In this document: positions 7,561-10,926 of the stretch, piece by piece
Numbering within the stretch: position 1 is the stretch's first letter
Layout: each line of letters begins with the position of its first letter
Virus record (IMG/VR): IMGVR_UViG_2728369607_000012
Coordinates: 1 to 10,926 of that record
Length of the DNA stretch: 10,926 nt
Origin: a virus
Lineage: Duplodnaviria > Heunggongvirae > Uroviricota > Caudoviricetes
Direction: 5' to 3' (one strand)
The notes under the pieces: model-generated
What the model was told of the DNA's origin: nothing
Seen by the model: the letters and a program-made list of their open reading frames with translations, nothing else
Database searches by the model: none
Made by a program: the position numbers and the translations under genes

Positions 7561-7565
7561 ATAAT

Positions 7566-7601
7566 TTACAAAAAATAACAAAAAGCCGGATTGCTCCGGC
7601 T
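7566..7601 (-). terminator. Rho-independent terminator
   Basis: Minus strand: AGCCGGA-GCAA-TCCGGCT stem-loop (GNRA-type loop) followed by TTTTTGTTATTTTTT; lies downstream of the 53-aa ORF stop at 7624. Confidence 0.65.
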
Positions 7602-7623
7602 GCGTGGTGTGGTTCTGATATTC

Positions 7624-7785
7624 CTACTCTGCTAATTTGCTCAGCCCCATGTCTGCGTAAGTGCGATTTACTGCATTTCTCAGGTCTGCGTAGTTCTCCG
7701 TTGGCGGCTCCGGTGTGCCCTTGCTGCTCTGTTTTACCTGCGGGTCGTCCACCAGCCGCCCGTAAGCTGCAATTTGTGCTGTCAT
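7624..7785 (-). CDS. Small hypothetical protein (53 aa)
   Basis: ATG at 7783-7785 preceded by GAGGTGG with a 4-nt spacer; starts 9 nt after the upstream gene stop; followed by the intrinsic terminator. Below the 60-aa cutoff of the supplied ORF track; found by manual translation. Confidence 0.45.
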   Translation of the reverse strand: MTAQIAAYGRLVDDPQVKQSSKGTPEPPTENYADLRNAVNRTYADMGLSKLAE

Positions 7786-7794
7786 ATTGCCACC

Positions 7795-8100
7795 TCAGTG
7801 AAGCGATCCGGCATTGTTCTTTTTCATCTCTTCCATCATTTTTTCAGTGAGCATTACGCACTGAAACCCCATGTTTTTGATGTCTACGGGTTTCATGCCT
7901 TTGTCAGTGGATATCACAGGCAGAATATCCTGATACACATCGCGGTCAGGGTAACTAAGCACACAAAGCGCCCATGATGCCACGGGTGAGGATCCTTCGA
8001 CTGTTTCAACCCACCAGCCTGGTGTAGCTGCGCTTATTTGCAGAATCGTGATCCGTCCGTTGTGCTTGTAAAATTTTTCACCAAATTTTGGTTCGCTCAT
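7795..8100 (-). CDS. Hypothetical protein (101 aa)
   Basis: Start ATG overlaps the stop of the upstream ORF (ATGA); co-oriented in a tightly packed operon. No family recognised. Confidence 0.55.
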   Translation of the reverse strand: MSEPKFGEKFYKHNGRITILQISAATPGWWVETVEGSSPVASWALCVLSYPDRDVYQDILPVISTDKGMKPVDIKNMGFQCVMLTEKMMEEMKKNNAGSLH

Positions 8101-8348
8101 GATTCCACCTCTCCGGTTTTAACGTTGATTGTTGTTACCTGTTCCGCTTCGGCAATCTCCCGTTCTGTCAGCGTGGCAAAGTTTGCCGCCGCTGTGGTCA
8201 TGAATGCGCTTATCAGTTCGGGATGCTCCTTCGCGTATCCTTCCCCCGCGTGGCGGTCTATCGTTCTGATTGCCACCTTTAAAGCGTGCTCTGTCATGTC
8301 TAACGCTTTATATTTTGGCTGTGTTCTGTCTCTGCGTTTTTGTGTCAT
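8097..8348 (-). CDS. Hypothetical protein (83 aa from ATG 8348; start uncertain)
   Basis: The longest form (from 8396) has its N-terminus encoded by the iteron repeats, so an internal start is more plausible. ATG 8348 is abutted by GGGGAG; ATG 8297 is an alternative. Confidence 0.45.
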   Translation of the reverse strand: MTQKRRDRTQPKYKALDMTEHALKVAIRTIDRHAGEGYAKEHPELISAFMTTAAANFATLTEREIAEAEQVTTINVKTGEVES

Positions 8349-8351
8349 CTC

Positions 8352-8525
8352 CCCACCTATACCCACTTTTACTCCCCACTTTTCACAATTCCCCATTTAT
8401 CATGCTGTTTCATAAGGATTTTTTTGCTCCCCACTTTTTGGGATGTATACAGGTCAAAAAGTGGGGGATCGTGTTTAAATTTTGTTAAATTCCCCATACC
8501 CACCACTTTTGCCACCCACTTTTTA
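8352..8525. repeat. Iteron array: candidate replication origin
   Basis: CCCACTTTT-type motif in direct orientation at about 8362-8370, 8374-8383, 8429-8439, 8499-8510 and 8515-8524, and inverted at 8456-8466. The 8429-8439 and 8456-8466 copies form an 11-bp perfect inverted repeat around a 16-bp spacer containing GTATAC. An AT-rich stretch lies at 8471-8490. The array begins at the replication-protein stop codon. Confidence 0.55.
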
Positions 8526-9932
8526 CAGTGGCCCTACATCATCGCCGTCAACATAGATAACGCCGTCTTTTTCCAGCTTGCCCAGCCAGCGCCGGAAGTG
8601 CTTTATTTCGTACCCCAGTTTTTTCATGTCATCACGTAACAGCGGGATCGTGCACTTGTCGCCGTTCTGTGTGCGTGAACGGATACACCCCCATAGCGCG
8701 GTATGGTTTTCCGTCTTGTTGCCTGCCTCTTCGATGCGCTCCAGTTCAACGGGAGGGCGCGGCTTATCCACCACCACCAGCGACGTGATTAACTCCCCGT
8801 CAGCGTCGGTAAAAAGCTCCACCACCCGCAAATCATAGGCAGCCTCTTTGAGTTCCTCCGCGTCCTTCATTTTGGTGCATGAGATAACCAGCGCTTCGCT
8901 TCCTGCGTCCTCCCTGCGTATCCGGTATTCAGCATCCAGTGATGCACGAAATGCACTGGAACCGCGCGCGCCTTTCGTCTCATCCTTGCCGGAATGGTGA
9001 ACCACCAGCACCGTGGCCCCTGTGCGTCGTTTCAGTTCGTCACAACCACGGATAAACGCCCCCATATCACGGGAATCATTTTCATCATTCCCACCAAAGC
9101 AACGCGCCAGCGTATCCAGAATAATCATGCGTACAGGTTTACCCGTTTCCCGCTCCACCTGACGGGCAGCGATAACCATTTCATCAACATCAAGCGGGAC
9201 CGCCGGAAAGATGGGACGGTTTACCAGATACAGATTTTTCACCTGCTCACCGTGCACAACCTCCCAGGCTTTTACACGACGCGGAACGCCGATACCGCCT
9301 TCACCAACCACATAGAGAACAGCGCCATGCGCCACCCTGCGGCCTCCCCACTGGCGGCCCGTGGAAACGTGACACGCCCACGATCCGGCAAGGAATGATT
9401 TATAGGAACCGCTCGCCCCGTATATGCTGCAAAGCGACGATGCCGGAATAATCCCCTTTACCACGTAATCAAGCTGTGTGTCGTATCCGGTAGATCCAAC
9501 GCTCATCGGTAGCGTGGTTTTTCGCTGGGGGATTTTTTTCATGACCAGGCTTTCCCCGCGTTCCCATGCCTCCCTAAGCCGTGGAAGCTGGTCGCTCCAT
9601 TCCTCCAGCAATTCGAAATTTTCAGAAAGTAGCCGCGCCTCCTGGACTCCGGCGATCGCCAGTTTCGTGGCGATGGTTAACAGCTGCGGCTCTTCAATAT
9701 TTCCGGCGCGTATCACCGTCGCCCTGTATCGCCCATCATCAACAATCTGGAGGTTATCCAGTTCGCTTAACTGATAACGCCCCAGATAAACGGGAGGGAC
9801 TGGATCTCCTGCTTTTTTTGCCTGTGCAATGATGTAATGCTCTGCGAATGAATGAGCATCAATACCCGCAAAAATAATCGCATCGGTGTATTTATCTTTC
9901 GGTAATCGTTTTACGTTCGGTGCCAGTTTCAT
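8523..9932 (-). CDS. Replication protein with RecA/DnaB-like ATPase core (469 aa); satellite or phage replication initiator-helicase
   Basis: Walker A-like GASGSYKS, Walker B-like RMIILD, and VVHHSGKDETKGARGSSA motif typical of RepA/DnaB-like replicative ATPases; N- and C-terminal extra domains; start forms an ATGA overlap with the upstream ORF. Confidence 0.8.
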   Translation of the reverse strand: MKLAPNVKRLPKDKYTDAIIFAGIDAHSFAEHYIIAQAKKAGDPVPPVYLGRYQLSELDNLQIVDDGRYRATVIRAGNIEEPQLLTIATKLAIAGVQEARLLSENFELLEEWSDQLPRLREAWERGESLVMKKIPQRKTTLPMSVGSTGYDTQLDYVVKGIIPASSLCSIYGASGSYKSFLAGSWACHVSTGRQWGGRRVAHGAVLYVVGEGGIGVPRRVKAWEVVHGEQVKNLYLVNRPIFPAVPLDVDEMVIAARQVERETGKPVRMIILDTLARCFGGNDENDSRDMGAFIRGCDELKRRTGATVLVVHHSGKDETKGARGSSAFRASLDAEYRIRREDAGSEALVISCTKMKDAEELKEAAYDLRVVELFTDADGELITSLVVVDKPRPPVELERIEEAGNKTENHTALWGCIRSRTQNGDKCTIPLLRDDMKKLGYEIKHFRRWLGKLEKDGVIYVDGDDVGPL

Positions 9933-10228
9933 TTTTTACCCCTGAATCCGTTAATCATGGTTTTCAGCTTCTGGATGTTTGCCCGTGCCCTGGCGTTGCT
10001 GGTGGGCACGTTATGCGGCGCGGTCTGTACCAGAGAAAAATCACGCCGGAACTGATAAACAGGCATCACGCAATCATATTCGTAACCTTCACGGCGGTAA
10101 GTTACGCACCGTCCCGCCACGCCCTTAATCATTACCGTACCGCCGTACTGGTCGCGGTAAATATCACCGCGCGTAAATTTAGGGTGAGTGTTGCCACTGG
10201 CAGTTAAGCCAGAATATTTAAGTTTCAT
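9929..10228 (-). CDS. Hypothetical protein (99 aa)
   Basis: ATG at 10228 preceded by GGAGAA with an 8-nt spacer; stop overlaps the replication-protein start. No family recognised. Confidence 0.55.
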   Translation of the reverse strand: MKLKYSGLTASGNTHPKFTRGDIYRDQYGGTVMIKGVAGRCVTYRREGYEYDCVMPVYQFRRDFSLVQTAPHNVPTSNARARANIQKLKTMINGFRGKK

Positions 10229-10233
10229 TATTT

Positions 10234-10467
10234 TTATTCTCCGGTGTGGGGCGCTTTATACTGGTCGTGTAATGTCTCTATTTCCTGCAACTCATTTATT
10301 ACAGGCTCAAGAAGCGTTATTAATGCCGTGGCAATTCTTGATTTTTGTTTGTCGCGTTCATTGTCGCCAAGTGTTTCAAGCCATATGCGCAATATTTCCA
10401 TCATATTTTCACTGTGAGAAAGTGCAAGAAATACGCGATCTGTTGTTTCGTGGTAAATATCACGCAT
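10234..10467 (-). CDS. Hypothetical protein (77 aa)
   Basis: ATG at 10467 preceded by GAGGATG with a 6-nt spacer; overlaps the upstream ORF by 8 nt. Confidence 0.5.
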   Translation of the reverse strand: MRDIYHETTDRVFLALSHSENMMEILRIWLETLGDNERDKQKSRIATALITLLEPVINELQEIETLHDQYKAPHTGE

Positions 10468-10693
10468 GGCTTACATCCTCAGGAAATTTTCTTCTGTAAC
10501 GAGCCTCTGCCACATATTCCGCATAATCGGCGGCGATATTCAGTACATCAAGCCCCGTTGATTTATATTCTCTCGTGGAAAGTAAGAAAAAAGCCGCTCT
10601 AATAAGTTCTGGCATTGACGAAAGCGCATCAGCCGCATCATCAGATACGCCGGAAAATTCCTGTTTCAGGGAATTAAAACGATCATCAAGCAT
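10460..10693 (-). CDS. Hypothetical acidic protein (77 aa)
   Basis: ATG at 10693 sits 2 nt downstream of a G9 tract on the coding strand; part of the same small-gene operon. Confidence 0.45.
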   Translation of the reverse strand: MLDDRFNSLKQEFSGVSDDAADALSSMPELIRAAFFLLSTREYKSTGLDVLNIAADYAEYVAEARYRRKFPEDVSHA

Positions 10694-10926
10694 AACCCCC
10701 CCCCATTTTCACAATCAGCAATCAGGATAGCTTTGGCCTCATTCAGCGCCATATCAGCACTAAGTTGCATAACCGCCAGCGAATGAGGAACGAAAGCCCC
10801 TGCATATTCTGTTTCACTGGTGGCGTGCTTATGCGCCCTGTCAGCAATAACAGAAATATCAATAAGCGCGTGCATCAGCGTAGTGAGCGCGGCGGCTGCT
10901 GCGTCCGGTGTGGTTTTATTGTGCAT
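10666..10926 (-). CDS. Hypothetical protein (86 aa or longer; may continue beyond the window edge)
   Basis: Open frame reaches the window end, where an ATG sits at 10924-10926; the 3' end reads through the G9 tract (encodes GGG). Confidence 0.4.
   Translation of the reverse strand: MHNKTTPDAAAAALTTLMHALIDISVIADRAHKHATSETEYAGAFVPHSLAVMQLSADMALNEAKAILIADCENGGGLCLMIVLIP
10696..10704. repeat. Homopolymeric C9 (G9 on coding strand) tract
   Basis: Nine consecutive C at 10696-10704, read directly from the sequence. Confidence 0.9.

Larger units (their letters stand above)
234..10926 (-). mobile_element. Partial phage-satellite-like island (cf-PICI-like): replication module plus tail-less HK97-type capsid and packaging module; boundaries not determined
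   Basis: Contiguous co-oriented genes on the minus strand for replication protein, capsid, protease, portal, adaptor, connector, HNH, TerS and TerL; no tail or lysis genes; repeat-rich non-coding region at the low-coordinate end. Integrase and att sites not in the window. Confidence 0.55.

Noticed and set aside
8349-8396. N-terminal extension of ORF 8097..8396 (MGNCEKWGVKVGIGGE...)
   Set aside because: These codons are encoded by the CCCACTTTT iterons, and the KWG/KVG repeats are a translation of the repeat, so this is more likely origin sequence than coding.
8352-8525. Possibility that the short repeat array is a CRISPR array
   Set aside because: Repeat units are only 9-11 bp, irregularly spaced, in both orientations and without spacer-like unique segments of uniform length; inconsistent with CRISPR.
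8994-9832. Plus-strand ORFs antisense to the replication gene (8994..9398, 9478..9774, 9581..9832)
   Set aside because: Antisense to a gene with clear Walker A/B motifs; no start signals noted.
1-10926. Integrase, tRNA, IS elements, toxin-antitoxin pairs and known defence-system genes
   Set aside because: Looked for, but no sequence in the window could be supported as any of these; an integrase and att site may lie beyond the window edges.

Overview
Every supported gene in this window lies on the minus strand and forms one co-directional block. Read 5'->3' on the minus strand (high to low coordinates) it runs: four small overlapping ORFs of unknown function (10926-9929), a replication protein with a RecA/DnaB-like ATPase core (9932-8523), an iteron array that looks like an origin (8525-8352), three small ORFs ending at an intrinsic terminator (8348-7566), a structured leader, then a complete HK97-type head morphogenesis and packaging module (major capsid, prohead protease, portal, head-tail adaptor, gp6-like connector, HNH endonuclease, TerS, TerL; 7320-979), one small ORF with an Arg-rich tail (965-675), and a dense non-coding repeat region (about 234-674). 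No tail, lysis, tRNA, rRNA, CRISPR or IS features were seen. The head gene order differs from HK97-type phages and no tail genes follow the connector genes, so my leading interpretation is a capsid-forming phage satellite (cf-PICI-like island) rather than an ordinary prophage. This is inference from sequence reading and recalled family hallmarks; no database search was run. The most interesting untested signals are the putative iteron origin, the terminator-like hairpins abutting the capsid and protease start codons, the candidate cos region between HNH and terS, and a G9 tract that separates two small ORFs by exactly one frame.
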